Part shown: in pieces, positions 46,021-60,037 of the stretch | How positions within the stretch are numbered: position 1 is the stretch's first letter | Layout of the letters: the number at the start of each line of letters is the position of its first letter | Assembly: GCF_003918875.1 (NCBI RefSeq) | Contig: NW_025765237.1 | Span: forward strand, 806,001 to 870,000 | Direction of reading: 5' to 3' | Source: Haliotis rubra | Taxonomy: Eukaryota | DNA: 64,000 bases | Program-made: the position numbers and the translations under genes | The notes under the pieces: generated by a model | The model's input: the letters and a program-made list of their open reading frames with translations, nothing else | What the model was told of the DNA's origin: nothing | Database searches by the model: none

Positions 46021-47244
46021 ATTACTTACACACTATTTTCGTTTATTTAAAGGTTTTGAAAGACAGTTTTGGTTTGTTGTACTTTTCAACAAGAACAAGA
46101 GCCAGTAAACATGAAACAAATACGAACGCCTTCATGCAGAAACATGCATCATAGACTAGTATCATGCTCTGTGGTATTTCTCCTCTTTCACTGATTCATC
46201 AGTCAGATATTCCTTATACATGTTCTGTGAGTATAAATTGTCTGTATGAAAACTGAAGTCTGGATTACCTGTCTGTGCATACTATAGGAAACATTTCTAA
46301 AGTGACAAGAAATAATATCATATTGCCACTTTTCTCATCACATTACAGAAGGCTATTGATCTAAAGTACCAAAGCAGACAGATGACTTATTAGTGTTGCA
46401 TACTTTAACATACTTGATGAAAGCAATACACTTTTGTCTGCTTGCTTTGTGGTTCTGCATGCATTGCAACTGCTGCTCTTCAAGTAAACAATGGGATTCC
46501 ACAATTGTAGACATAGAGACAGACAGTTTTAGACTTGCGAAATATTAGGGAGATGAGGTGGTTTATGCCAAGACGTGTAATTTTGTCCGTAATTTTATCT
46601 TTGTATAACATGCTTGTCTGCAGTGAGCAGAAGACAAGTCAGATATGACCAATAACAGTGCTGTCTACTGTACGTCTGTAAAAATGGCAAAGTGTAGCTA
46701 ATAGGGGAATATGTAGAAACAAATGTCTAACTGTTAAGATCACAAATGCCAGCAGAAACAACAAAGCAATTACTCCATTCTCAATACTGTCATCTTCCTC
46801 TTGTAAATGGATTGTAGTGATTTTGTGAAAAGAATACATGTGCGATTGTGTACTGAAAATGATTTTGCATTTGTTTCAATAATATGTATCAATTTTATCA
46901 TCCTAAAGTGACTTGACTGTCACTTTACTATTGCATTATCAAAACAATTCAATTACTGTTTGAGATACATAATCTCTGGGTACATTGTTTTTTTGGTACA
47001 AAGTCAAATATTACTTATTAACTCATTAGGATTAATGAATTGGACAATATCAAATATTTGAGGTATCACCAACTAATATTGCCAAAGTGTTCTGTAATAT
47101 TACCATGGTACCAGACCAAAAAACAGATGCTTCTTCAGCATGTATTTCCTTTGACAACTATGATTAGCAGTTAGTTGTGTATTGTCTTATTTACACGCTG
47201 AATGATGACAGTCACAAACTATGTTGGCAGCTGATTAGACATTG

Positions 47245-47435
47245 GTTGATTTGATGTGTAACACCGCACTCAGCAATATAATATTCCAGCTATATGGCGG
47301 CGGTCTGTAAATAATCGAGTCTGAACCATACAATCCAGTGATCAACAGCATGAGCCTTGATCTATGCAACTGGGATACAATGACATGTGTCAACGAAGTC
47401 AGCGAGCCTGACCACCCAATCCCGTCAGTCGCCTT
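47245..47435 (-). mobile_element. SINE family B, 5'-truncated
   Basis: Family B body and tail. Confidence 0.82.
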
Positions 47436-47507
47436 ATTTCATAGGAACACAGGTCATGGAACATTGTGTATGGAAAAGTGTAGCTCACTGAGTTGCTTGT
47501 TCTGAAT

Positions 47508-47657
47508 TTCACATAATTATATGTTTATATGCAGAGTTCACATAATTATATGTTTATATGCAGAGTTCACATAATTATATGTTTATATGCAGAGTTCACA
47601 TAATTATATGTTTATATGCAGAGTTCACATAATTATGTGTTTATATGCAGAGTTCAC
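47508..47657. repeat. 29-bp minisatellite, ~5 copies
   Basis: ttcacataattatatgtttatatgcagag in tandem. Confidence 0.93.
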
Positions 47658-48127
47658 AAAGAGATATCCCAGTTATCACTAGCTAGGTTCACACCCAAAA
47701 CCTGGAAGACATAATTCAGTGTTAGAAATTGTTGTGCATGTACATCAGTACACATAAATCACATTTACACCAGTCCACAGATGTTGCACACTATGTGATG
47801 TACCTGATGGGAAAATTGTTAGTCCACAGAGAAATGTTGCCAGTCATTCCTAAGTTGTAGTTGATAGTAACTTATGATAGTTTTGTACCTTGTGCTTACT
47901 TGGATTCAGTTTTGTTAGTAAGCCATATATAAACACGTCACCACTCACCATTGATGCGAAATATACAGATTTTTTATATATTTATCGATGATTGATCGAT
48001 ATTTAGTTCACAATTATCGATCTCTATGAAGTATATCGATAGCCAGTCATACCTCTTAAAAATATCGAATCATATGAGGAGGGCTTATAGATAACTGGAC
48101 CAGACAAACTAACTGATAGATGTTGTT

Positions 48128-48469
48128 CAGTGTTCACGAATGGTGTTTCAAAGTAACAGGACATTGGGTCCTGTAAGTTTCAGATGTCTGTCTGACCCAC
48201 TGAAAATTCACAGGACCCACAGAAGAAAAAATGAGCACACATTTCACAATTTTCAGATTTAACATATCTTGTAATTGGCATTGAAATTATTAACAAGCGT
48301 AAAATTTATAAACAGCAAACAAGTGTCACATGTCACATATAACAACTTCAGTTAAAGTCATTGTGAAAAACACAGTCGGGCACTGGGGCCGGCGAGTTGT
48401 AGACTTCCATCTGACTGTCAGCGAATCTGCCGGATTTGTCTGAGGGTCTGACGCTATTCGTGAACACTG
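48128..48469. mobile_element. hAT5-like MITE
   Basis: TIRs cagtgttcacgaat / attcgtgaacactg with 5-bp TSD ttgtt. Confidence 0.75.
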
Positions 48470-49302
48470 TTGTTATGGATTTTATCCACACAGATGCTCT
48501 GACATTCTACCAACTGCCCTTCCTTGATTTCACAGTTGACATTATACAAGTCTGTGCTTAAAAACTTTCCAACATAATAACTCAAACTTGCCTTGGTTAG
48601 ACGATTTCGACATTAATCCATGAGGGACAGTTTATCTGTAATGGCATGGCGTGAGTAAGTTATTCTTCAGTATATCTATAGTAGTTGTGTTTGATAAATT
48701 GTAGATTTCCTGATCTCAAGAGGAGGCAGGAGTTAGTTTATTGTGAAGAGACTGTCACATTGAATCATGGTTCCAGGATTTGTAATCTGATGGAGTTACA
48801 TTTGTGTCAATTAGCAGAAGCATAGATATTATTATTATTATTATTTTAATTCTTTTATTTTTGGTAGGATTTTTTTTTTTTTTCACATTTTTTTTTTATT
48901 CACATCAGTAGGTACATTCATTTTATACAAACATCATACACATTGACAGGTGACATAGATATTATTATTAATGCACATGTGTAATGTGTAAATTTACTCA
49001 CTATGGTAATCTGTACAAAAATAACAAAAATTAAGATTATTACTTGTTACTTATTAAATAGGAGGATTGTTTATCGAAGGATGACAGTCACGTATTTGTT
49101 ATTATGTTACGATTAAGTGGGTTCAAGTGCTGGCTTTGTGTGCTTACAATTAGAAGCCTGACTCTGAGAGTGTGGGTTTGCTTCCCAGATGGGACTCAAC
49201 CAAACAAAAGTACTAGAATCTGTACTTTACTGAGAAAATGTAATCCCAAATATATGTTAGGTAATGACAGTCCATGTGCTTCAACTATGGAAGGTCTGAG
49301 TC

Positions 49303-49425
49303 CAGGCTAGCTATTCTCGAAACGTTCGTAACGCTACGAACTTCTTAAGCCCATTCTTAACACATTGTCTAGGATCAAAGTTAAGAATTCTTAGGGCTAC
49401 GAACGTTTCGAGAATAAGGGCCCTG
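49303..49425. mobile_element. Palindromic MITE, Harbinger-like
   Basis: tattctcgaaacgttcgta / tacgaacgtttcgagaata arms. Confidence 0.8.
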
Positions 49426-49544
49426 GTTATGACAGTCTTTGTGCTTTGACTATGGTATGTTTGAGTGGAGGTATTATTAACAATCCTTATACTTCGTGTC
49501 TATGGTAGGTCAGAGATAAAGTCCACATGCTTCAGTGAGTGACT

Positions 49545-49695
49545 GTGAGTGAGTTTAATTTTACGCAGCTTTTAGCAATATTCCAGCAATATCACGGCAG
49601 GGAACACCAGAAACGGGCTTCACACATTGAACCCATGTGGGGAATCGAACCCCGATCTTCAGCATGACGGGCGACCACTTTAAGCACAAGGCTAA
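49545..49695 (-). mobile_element. SINE family A copy
   Basis: B box, body and tail on the minus strand. Confidence 0.82.
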
Positions 49696-49846
49696 CATAT
49701 ATGTTGTCACTTTAATGTGTTTAAGACTTTTTGAGTTTTTCATATTTATTTTCATAAGTTAGTGGTTTATGACTTACTTGTGATTGTAACTAAAGTCAGC
49801 TGTGACTGTACAATGCAGAAATCTTACTTGGTCTATGCTAGATTAA

Positions 49847-51116
49847 AGGGCAAGTTTACACGAAAATTAACCTTTTTGTCTTGCACTTTTTCATCATAAA
49901 AAGTGTTTGTCAAGTAGTTTATAGCCAAAACAGTGCAGATATCAGAAGTCACTAATTTATTTTTTGCGTTATATCGATTCAAATTTTCCACATTAACCGA
50001 GAGTTCTATGTCCACAATAAATACACCATGACTTATGTCCCTTGGAAATGACGTCACTTGTGCCAAACCGATAAACGAATGACGTTGTTAGACCAATTTC
50101 ACGTGGTGCAGGTATAGGTGTGGTTCTAGTGTCTCGATGCACAGGCTACTGTTGTCATCCAGCTGTTGCCTGGCCTTCAGCTGGCTATGTGGTCAGTTCC
50201 ACACTGTGATCACGTTGCAGTTTGAAACAACGTATACATTGTACAAACAGTGTTACCCTGTAACCAAATTATACAACATTCAACCTGAGTCAGTTGTCTT
50301 TCAACTGTATCGTTTTTCACAAAAACTAAAACGTTTATGCACTACATCTATCTTGCCATCGGTGAATGTGTTAAATAAAATAGGTGTATTCCAATGATTT
50401 CCACGATTCATCACAACATATTATAGTTTCTGAAAGCGTGATGCCGTGACTGATGCAAACTCACGCACACCGACAATGGAAGTTCTACTCATTTCTGACT
50501 ATTTCCCTTGGCCACAATGAAAACAAAATGAAAATAACAACCAGCAGATTGTCAGAATGTTTTGAACAACTTACATGTCACATTTATGTATATATGTTGC
50601 TTGAAACAATGAAATTTTCCGTCGAAAAATCCGGCGTACTCGTGTCAGTAAACACGCCTTTTTGCAAATGTCGCTTCCCGATAGTGATGTCATACGTACG
50701 TCAACATTGTTACACATATTTGGTATCATTGATGTGAGGTTATGAATGAAAATACACACGATCAATCTGTCCTGCTGCTTACATTTTCAGTTGTTATGCT
50801 TCTTTCGTATTTTCACAAACATTTCTCGCGTGATTAATTTCAGTATTATTATCTTTTGATTTGGGACTAGACAGGAGACCAGTCTAAAATCAAGTGGCAC
50901 CAATTACGTCATAACCAAAGGGCAGTAACTCCGACCTGTTTAGCTCTGCACACAAGGGCCGCATAATGGCATAACATTTCAGCACTTATTTTGAGGGTTA
51001 TACTTACATTGTAAGAAAAATGAGTGCATAATTTCAAACATTGATATTAAATAATTAAAATATTTCACTTTGTTTCACATAAGAATAAATGTGATTTTAT
51101 CGTGTACACTTCCCCT
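49847..51116. mobile_element. Kolobok-like non-autonomous DNA transposon (~1.27 kb)
   Basis: TTAA on both sides; imperfect TIRs agggcaagtttacacga / tcgtgtacacttcccct with AG termini. Confidence 0.75.
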
Positions 51117-51720
51117 TTAACATGTGCCTGATAAGGTCATTTATGTCCTTGGTAACTGTTTGGAATCCTGAATTTCCAAAATTTACTCAAATTTGGCACA
51201 TATCAGTCCAAATTTGAAAAGTTAATATTTCCTTTTATGTTTTCATCCATGTCATCAATAACTTGAACAACTATCAATAACTGTCCAAATTCGGTTTCAT
51301 TATTTTAATAAATAACACTTTTAAACACATTTTTGTGTGGCATGCGGAATTCCCCTCAGGTACCACTAAGCCACTTGCAGGCATGACCGGGGACTGTCTT
51401 GCGTACTCGTTATGTCTTCTACTGTTAAAGGGCCAATATTTTCATTATTATTGGGGGTCTAGATTAATGTAAATCTGCTTGTTTGAAAATAATGAAATTG
51501 AGTAAGGACTCGTGATATCTCTGTGTTGACTATCCCTTTTACCTGTATCCCTGATTCTACTTTGTTGCACATTATTATAATTAATATATAACTCTAATTT
51601 TGTTGTTTTCATGTATGATTTCAGAAATTTTGGCATCTAGGATGTCGCAAAGACAGAGTGTATAGAGTTGTGACATAGATCTGCTTCAGGAGTAGAAGAT
51701 TGACAGCCCTTTCTGAGTAG

Positions 51721-53132
51721 ATGACAATGCCATCTGCAAATCTCGTCATGAATGAAGTGGACGTGGTCAAACTCATCTGTGAGTTTCTCCACAACAGGCA
51801 GCTCAACATCTCGATGTTGTCCATGGAGCGAGAGACAGGAATCATTAACGGCCTTTTCTCTGACGATATGCTGTTCCTCAGACAACTCATTCTCGACGGA
51901 CAGTGGGATGACGTCATCGAGTTCATCCAGCCTCTCATCACTGTGGACAACTTTGACATGAAGGGGTTCCAGTTCACCATAATGAAACATAAGTATCTGG
52001 AGTTGTTGTGCATTAAATCTGAACCTAATGTGATGCAGAATTACGAGTTCACTGTGGAGGAGGTGGTGAAATGTTTGAACTCCCTCGAAGAGTTCTGTCC
52101 CAGCAAGGAGGAATACAGCAACCTCTGTTTTCTTCTGTCTCTCCCTAAACTCTCGGACCATGTTGAATTCCAGAACTGGAACCCAAGCAATGCCCGAAGT
52201 TCAGTGCTTTAATGACATCGCGCTGGTGGAGAAGTTCCTCCCGTGGACAGGAGGGACTTGAAGAACAGCACGCCCAGAATGACCGTCTCATCCAGCTGGT
52301 GCTTAAGGGACTCCTTTACGAGTCTTGTGTTGAATACTGCCAGCAGCAGGCCACTAATGATGAAAGTGAGATCAAGTTCTCATCTGTTCTGAGTGACACG
52401 GGATTCAATGATGCTGATCTTAGTCTGTTGTCATGGTTACAGAGCATCCCATACGATACCTTCTCATGCCCCTTTGAACAGAAGCCCCTGAATGTAGATA
52501 TTCGACCATTTGTAAGACCTTCACTGGAGGCTTCTTGGTCAGAGCAGATCCTGGTCACGTCCATCAAACCTAAGATGTTTCCTCACTCAGCTATTCCATC
52601 AGTCAGGCCGCGGTCAGCAGAGATCATGACGCGGTCACTAAACCCACAGTTTGATGGACTCACAAGCGGGCTGTTCCAGGGGCGGAAGGACAGCATGTCA
52701 ACTTCTAATGACTTCAACATCCTCTCTAGATCAATGGCCCCCGGAACCAACCTCAACAATTCCTTGAAGAATCCAATGCTTATGTCTGTTGACAAACTGT
52801 TTGCCACTGGTGAAATTGTAGACACTCACACTTCTATATCTGATGAAATCAAATCACCACTGCGAATTCCTCCGGGGAAACCACCAGTGAGAAGTTCAAC
52901 ACCTCCAACTGCTTCACCCAGAGGTCAGGTTCAAGGTCAGGTCCAACCAGGATCAGTAGTTAACCCCCCTAGATCAATGTCACCGTCACAGAGTGTGACA
53001 ATGGATTCCAGGATGTCCCCAAGTGTGCAAGGGAACTCTGTGCAAGGCAACTCTGTGCATGACTCCAGCAATGAGCTGTACAAGGAGTACCAGAGGCAGA
53101 GACAGCTTCTACAGGACCAGCTTGAACTCCAG
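51721..53132 (+). CDS. WDR47: WD repeat-containing protein 47 (nemitin), first coding exon with LisH and CTLH domains
   Basis: E.G.INGLFSDDMLFLRQLILDGQWD, CPSKEEYSNLC.LL.LP.L, RL.QLV.KGLLYE.CVE.CQ, DLSLLSWLQ and RP.SA..MTRSLNP..DGL are characteristic of WDR47; acceptor at 51624, donor CAG|GTGGGT at 53132; several small indels at ~52198-52275. Confidence 0.95.
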
Positions 53133-53204
53133 GTGGGTGCAGGGCAAGGGGAGACTGAGTTTGGGGTTGTGATAAATATAAAGTATGGAGTAGAAGCAGG
53201 GGAG

Positions 53205-53336
53205 ACTGACTGACTGAGTTTAGTACGCTTGTAGCAATATTCCAGCAATATCATGGTGCCAGAAATGGCTTAACACATTGAGCCCATGGGAGGAACCAGG
53301 ACGAGCAGCTTTTAACCATCTGGCTACCCCACCGCC
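53205..53336 (-). mobile_element. SINE family A, degenerate
   Basis: ggcggtggggtagccagatggttaaaagc head on the minus strand. Confidence 0.7.
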
Positions 53337-53459
53337 TAGAAGCAGGGGAGGAGGGATGGGCAGGTGAGGGTTTTGAGATGGTGCAGGTTGAGTAGGAGGG
53401 AGGGGAGGGGAGGGTGCAGGGCATGGTTGAGTGATGGGTGAAGAGAGGTGCATGGCATG

Positions 53460-53750
53460 TCGTGCTTGTGTATGTGTGGCTGCTTGTACTAGCCCAGACT
53501 TAAGCTGGTTTTGTAGTGCTAGCCCACTGAGATACTATGCCGCAGTGAAGCATGAATACCCCACTCAGACACATTATACTGACTCCGAGCCGACCAGTCC
53601 TTGTTGTACCCATTAATGCCGAAGCGCCAGGCAGGGACCAACAAGTACCATATTTTAACGCTTTTGGTATGACGCTCGGGTCGGGATCGAACCCAGCGAC
53701 CTTCCGGGCTTCTCGGGCGGATGCTCTAACCACTATACCACGGAGGCGGT
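53460..53750 (-). mobile_element. SINE family C (V-SINE-like), second copy
   Basis: High similarity to 33830-34112. Confidence 0.88.
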
Positions 53751-53952
53751 CCTTGAGGGATGGGACAGTTCGGGGGCACCAGTAGTTCTACATCGCTGTA
53801 TTTGATGGATTATTGAAATGGTAAAATTGCAAATAGCTTCCAACTGATTGTAATCAGACTTTTCATAAAGTCACATATTGAAGCATTTTGTGTAAACTGT
53901 TCACTGCAACATTTGATCCCAAAGTCTCACTCTGTGGTTGCCATGGTTACAG

Positions 53953-54103
53953 GAGAAGCAGCCAACATGATCTACCAGAAGGAGCTGCAGGAGATTGAGA
54001 GCAAGCAGCAACACCTCCTTGTGGACAACCGCTACAATGATGACCCCCCACCCCCACCTTCCCTCAGATTGGGGAGTCACACCCAGGATAGTCGGTGACC
54101 CAG
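53953..54103 (+). CDS. WDR47: Probable WDR47 exon (coiled-coil MIYQKELQEIESKQQ, then Pro-rich)
   Basis: ttacag acceptor and ccag|gtaggt donor; continues the ELYKEYQRQRQLLQDQLELQ coiled coil; needs an indel correction near 53962. Confidence 0.65.
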
Positions 54104-54400
54104 GTAGGTGCATATGACAACAGGTACTTGATGGCTTGTAACCAACGTTCTGGTTATTGTTACATGTTTCTGTTTATGTTAATTTCATGAATTGTTATAG
54201 TTACATTTTTTGTAGATCTCGTATCATATAGCGTGGTTAGTGGTATCTTATACAAGTTGAAGATTTTAATAACTACAAGAGTGAATCAGTGTGACTCCTT
54301 ATTAGTTTGTGACATGTATTTGTACTGTACTTTGGTCGGGCGACTGGGTCATTTATGTTTGGAATCCATGGCATGAACATGGCAGCCCCAGGATGGCCCT

Positions 54401-54914
54401 CATCCTCGATAATCTCCAGGGTATACGTTACGATTACTCTGCACTATACCCTGGATGCATCCTCGGCTTGGCCCGATGATTTTATTACCTCCCTTGGCTG
54501 GCTCCGCATTCTCACAGTAGCCAATCAGCTATGCCGCCGTTACATCCGAGCTTGCCAGTGTCAACAAAGATAGCGGTCGCAGTCGCGAAGGTTTGTTCGC
54601 AGTACCACTCAGATTTTTTGGGAAATAATACAGACAAATTGACAGATCTGAAACTTTCAAAAAATATATAAAAGAACTCCTTACACATCTTTCAGAGTAC
54701 CCACTGCATCAATTGTGTTGCCAAGTTTAAACGGTTAGATAATTTAAGAAGCGAAAGTGAGTTGTGATTGGTTCGCTCAACTTCCCAGCGTAGACACCTG
54801 ACTGGATAAAAAGCTAGCCAAGTGAGGTAATAAAATCATCGGGCCAAGCCGTGGATGCATCCAGGGTATAGTGGAGAGAGATTGTAACGTATACCCTGGA
54901 GATTATCGAGGATG
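54401..54914. mobile_element. Mutator-like MITE
   Basis: ~90-bp TIRs (catcctcgataatctccagggtatacgttac...) and 10-bp TSD ggatggccct (54391-54400 / 54915-54924). Confidence 0.9.
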
Positions 54915-55144
54915 GGATGGCCCTGTGACATACTTGAATCTATAGGGTCTTTTTAATAACCTGTCCTTTGATATTGAATTAGATGATTATATTAACTGTG
55001 CTTGAACACTGCTATGTAGAATGTTGAGCATGATTCACACTCTTTAGCCTTGCTTCTCATCAGTAATATCAAGGTACACCTACATCACACATAAATGTTT
55101 GTATGTTATTGTTAATGTCATACAGAGATACATGGGGTATAGCA

Positions 55145-55638
55145 CAGGGATAGAAATACATTTTGTTTTAAGTGTGCCTTAGGGCACCAGGCAAAGATTT
55201 TAAGTGTGCCTTTCAGAAATCAAGTGTGCCCACATCTTTTTCAGTTTAAAAATGACTGTAGCAATGATGATGATAATTTGAAGAATTTTGTGACAGGTTC
55301 ACTTGTTCAATATATCAATCATACACAATTACCTCCTCATTACTCGAACTATCAGTACTCCCATCACTCTAAATGGAAAAACAACCACATTTTTTTATAT
55401 CATCCATCATAATTCCAGTGATTTCCTGGGCGATAAAGTCAATAAATGTTTTTGCCTGTTTGTCATTGCGTAAGTGTTTTGGTTTGGGGATTACTAGGGG
55501 ATTTTGGAATGACTAGAAGTGAGTTATGTCTCTAAAACTTTAGGCATGCCTTAAGGGCACCAAGAACCTTTTTTATCCGTGCCATTTCAATATTTATTGT
55601 GCCATGGCATGCTAATATATGGCGTATTTCGAACCCTG
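55145..55638. mobile_element. hAT5-like MITE
   Basis: cagggatagaaatac / gtatttcgaaccctg with 5-bp TSD tagca. Confidence 0.65.
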
Positions 55639-56821
55639 TAGCATATATGTCTTGGTAGGAGGGTCACAATACAGTCATCACATGGCCTTTATATATCTTT
55701 TTTTAGACTGGTTTAGGTCTGGGGTAAATAGTTATACTGAGAAATTCTGTCCGTCCATCCAAAACATTTTTCAGCCAGTAACTTGAAAACTATTATTTTG
55801 TTTGTTTTTAAATTTTGAGACCACATTGTTTGTCAAAAGGAAAAGTGCAGTGCAAATTTTGCATGATTGTATTTCTATCTTTTTTAAGAATTACAGCAAT
55901 TTAAACATTTTCAAATTTGGGCATCACCCTCCATATCTGCAGGAGAAGAGGAATGCAAAGTGATGTTTTGATATTTGTAATTCATTGAGAATCATCACAA
56001 ATCTCTTGAACTCTGGGAAAATGTTCCACATCAAATTTGTTTAACCAGTAACCTTACAGTCATCTAATCTTTTCACTCCAAGTGTTTAAGCTCAAACTAA
56101 GCTTTGCTTTCACCCTTCATTGTGAGCGTCACTGAAATTTGATGATTTGTATGTGAAACCTGTTATCATGATACAATATCATACCCCTGTATCATTTCCA
56201 ACCTGTACCAACGGGAGTTAGGCATCTGTATCTCCATCTTGCTTGGTACTACAACAGGGATTTATCTAGGATTTGCAACTAGAAGCCCTTTTCAGGCAAA
56301 CTGGGAGAAAAGTTGTTAACTGCTTGTGTTTCTTATGTTTAGATTTATTTCAATGCAATGTTGTCGTTTAACATTTCATTTGAGACAGTTTCATCAGACT
56401 CTGTTTTGGACCTTTTGTCAGTGTGATACAAATCTCTATAAAACTGTTAAAGCTGTAACTAGAACTATGACATCATGAGGGGAGAGGTGCTTTGTTTCAA
56501 TGAAGAATGTTTTATGACACAGGTGTGATTGTGTCTAGGTACATCCCTGTAACATTGTGCTTGCCTTCATCGTGCTGATTGTGACCATATTTATGATTGT
56601 ATATATTTGATGATGGCCACCAACCACACTTGACACCTGACAATAAAATAGAAACATGTTTCTTTCCAATCAAAATATTGATGCTGAGAATATTGTGTTA
56701 TTGACTCTGGCACAGGTGGAGTAATGGTAATCTATAGTGCAGTGCAAGCATCATGTCACACTGTTTATTGTCTTGCTAGAACTGATGGACACAGATGAGG
56801 GTCCTGATGGTTGGCCTTCGG

Positions 56822-57115
56822 TAGGCAGCAACATTCAGAACCTTTAGTCAGATGGCAGCAACATTCAGGGCCTTTTGTTGGATGGCAGCAACATTCAGGG
56901 CCTTTAGTTGGATTACAGCAACATTCAGGGCCTTTAGTTGGATGGCAGCAACATTCAGGGCCTTTAGTTGGATGACAGCAACATTCAGGGCCTTAGTCAG
57001 ATAGCAGGAGCATTCAGGGCCTTTTGTCAGATGACAGCAACATTCAGGGCCTTTAGTCAGATAGCAGGAGCATTCAGGGCCTTTAGTCAGATAGCAGGTA
57101 CATTCAGGGCATTTA
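56822..57115. repeat. 30-bp minisatellite, ~10 copies
   Basis: gcagcaacattcagggcctttagttggatg-type units. Confidence 0.92.
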
Positions 57116-57784
57116 ATCACTGATATAGACATGTCGTAGGTTCATGTAGTATTTAAGTATTGTAATTGTGCAGCCTACAGTCAATACTTACATAAGGAAT
57201 AAGCTGGTATTTACTACAATATTGTTGTTTTATGTGAGGCCCCATCAAGGCCCTCGAGTACAGTGCTCTGATGCCTTCCTACTGCTGTTACACATGTGTA
57301 GCATGTGTAATGGGAATGTTTCATTGATAGTCGATGGCCATATGTGGAAATATGACAACTATCTGATGCCTAAATATGTATATATGGCGTGTAATTACCT
57401 GATTGCCACATCAGCTGAACAGTGTGTGGAACAAGTATAAAGTTAAGTTGTCCTAACCCAGGATTACAAGAGTAGATTTGAAATTAAACCATGTGTTTAT
57501 CCACTTTACTTGTGGGAAGTGCATTTCTCATTGGCTTTACATAACATATGTCTTCAGTAGGGAGGACAGAAAAAGTTTGAGTTAGACAGACATGAACATA
57601 TTTTTGATGGCGCTGTTGCCATTACGTTATCAAAACCTAAAACCCTGATGTTTAAAGTTAAAGATTTAGAGAGAATTTACCTCTAGGTTAATATGTTACC
57701 TGTTTATATTGAGTGTAACTGAAGTTTTTTCATCAGGAGATCATTATTATATGGGTAGCTGCCATCTGCTGACATTCCTACTGT

Positions 57785-59670
57785 ATGCATACCTGTCCTG
57801 GTGTATACATACATGTCCTGGTGCATACATCCTGTCCTGGTGTATACATACATGTCCTGGTGTTTACATACCCAGGGTTTTACGGGACACAAGATTCCTG
57901 CGTATTGGACGCAGAAATTTGGTGAAGTACCCCCAAACTAAAATCCTGTGAGTCCTTCTGGTCACAATATAATTTTTTTCTGGGAAAGAACTTTCTGAGT
58001 TTGTAATGACATTCCATATTAATATGCAAACATTTGATTTACAATCATTATTCTAATGACATTGAAAGTAATACATATCATAACGTACTCATTATCAAAT
58101 GGGAAGCATCCATTATCACTGATATCATGCAAATTGATTGACTCCCAATTTTGGAAATGGACTCTCAAGAAAATATGCCCTGAGTCCCCAGGACTCCTAG
58201 TTTCGAAGAGCTATGTAAAACCCTGCATACCTGTCCTGGTGTATACATACCTGTCCTGGTGTTTAAGTACATGTGCTGGTGTATACATAGCTGTCCTGGT
58301 GTACACATACCTGTCCTGGTGTATACATACATGTCCTGGTGTATACATACATGTCCTGGTGTACACATACATGTCCTGGTGTATACATACATGTCCTGGT
58401 GTACACATACATGTCCTGGTGTATACATACATGTCCTGGTGTATGAGGATATGTCCTTGTGTATACATACATGTCATGGTGTATACATACCTGTCCTGGT
58501 GTATTTTGTATACATACCTTTCCTGGTGTGTATACATACCTGTCCTGGTGTATACATACATGTCCTGGTGTATACATACCTGTCCTGGTGTATACATACC
58601 TGTCCTGGTGTATACATACCTGTCCTGGTGTATACATACCTGTCCTGGTGTATACATACCTGTCCTGGTGTATACATACCTGTCCTGGTGTATACATACC
58701 TGTCCTGGTGTATACATACCTGTCCTGGTGTATACATACCTGTCCTGGTGTACACATACATGTCCTGGTGTATACATACCTGTCCTGGTGTATACATACC
58801 TGTCCTGGTGTATACATACCTGTCCTGGTGTATACATACCTGTCCTGGTGTATACATACCTGTCCTGGTGTATACATACATGTCCTGGTGTATACATACA
58901 TGTCCTGGTGTATGAGGATATGTCCTGGTGTATACATACCGGTACATGTCCTGGTGTATACATACCTGTCCTGGTGTGTAAGTACATGTCCTGGTGTATA
59001 CATACCTGTCCTGGTGTATACCTACCTTTCCTGGTGTATGCATACATGCCCCAGTGTATACATACATGTCCTGGTGTATACATACCTGTCCTGGTGTATA
59101 CATACATGTCCTGGTGTATACATACATGTCCTGGTGTATACATACATGTCCTGGTGTATGAGGATATGTCCTGGTGTATACATGCATGTCATGGTGTATT
59201 CATACCTGTCCTGGTGTATACATACCTGTCCTGGTGTGTAAGTACATGTCCTGGAGTATACATACCTGTCCTGGTGTATACATATCTCTCCTGGTGTACA
59301 CATACCTGTCCTGGTGTATACATACCTGTCCTAGTGTTTACATACCTGTCTTGGTGTATACATACTTGTCCTGGTGTTTACATACCTGTCCTGGTGCATA
59401 CATACCTGTCCTGGTGTATACATACCTGTCCTGGTGTACACATACCCGTCCTGGTGTATACATACCTGTCCTGGTGTATACATTCCTGTCTTGGTGTACA
59501 CATACCCGTCCTGGATTTTACATACCTGTCTTGGTGTATATATACCTGTCCTGGTGTTTACATACCTGTCTTGGTGTATACATACCTGTCCTGGTGTTTA
59601 CATACCTGTCTTGGTGTGTACATACCTGTCCTGGTGTATACATACCTGTCTTGGTGTATACATGCATGTA
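57785..59670. repeat. 20-bp minisatellite array (tgtcctggtgtatacatacc), >70 copies, split by a MITE
   Basis: Direct periodicity; produces the long repetitive ORFs in all six frames. Confidence 0.97.
57873..58225. mobile_element. hAT6-like MITE inside the 20-bp array
   Basis: TIRs cagggttttac / gtaaaaccctg with 6-bp TSD catacc (57867-57872 / 58226-58231). Confidence 0.78.
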
Positions 59671-60037
59671 TAGAATTTGTCTGCCTGTATTATGAAATAG
59701 TAGTTCAGTTTGACAAATTAAGACTATATGAGTGCTGGAATGAAATATCTTGACATGATACACATCACACGCACACGCACTCTAAAATGAAAGAACCGGG
59801 TATATTCATAAACATCTTTTGTGGAGTTTGTGAACGATTAGTTTTGGTGGGACTGTATACATTTAAAAATGTAACTATCTGAGATTTTGACTCTATTTGA
59901 GATACAGTCATTCCTGTAAGATATTGCTTTGTACAAGTATATTTCTTGTGTTACTGTTAATGTTTATTTATTATGTCAGTTTTTGTTGCAGTTGTCAATT
60001 GTGGCTGTTGTGTTAATTTTGTTTTTGCTTCATGCAG

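Noticed and set aside
58056-59763. 565-aa and other long overlapping ORFs
   Set aside because: By-products of a stop-free 20-bp minisatellite read in all six frames inside an intron.
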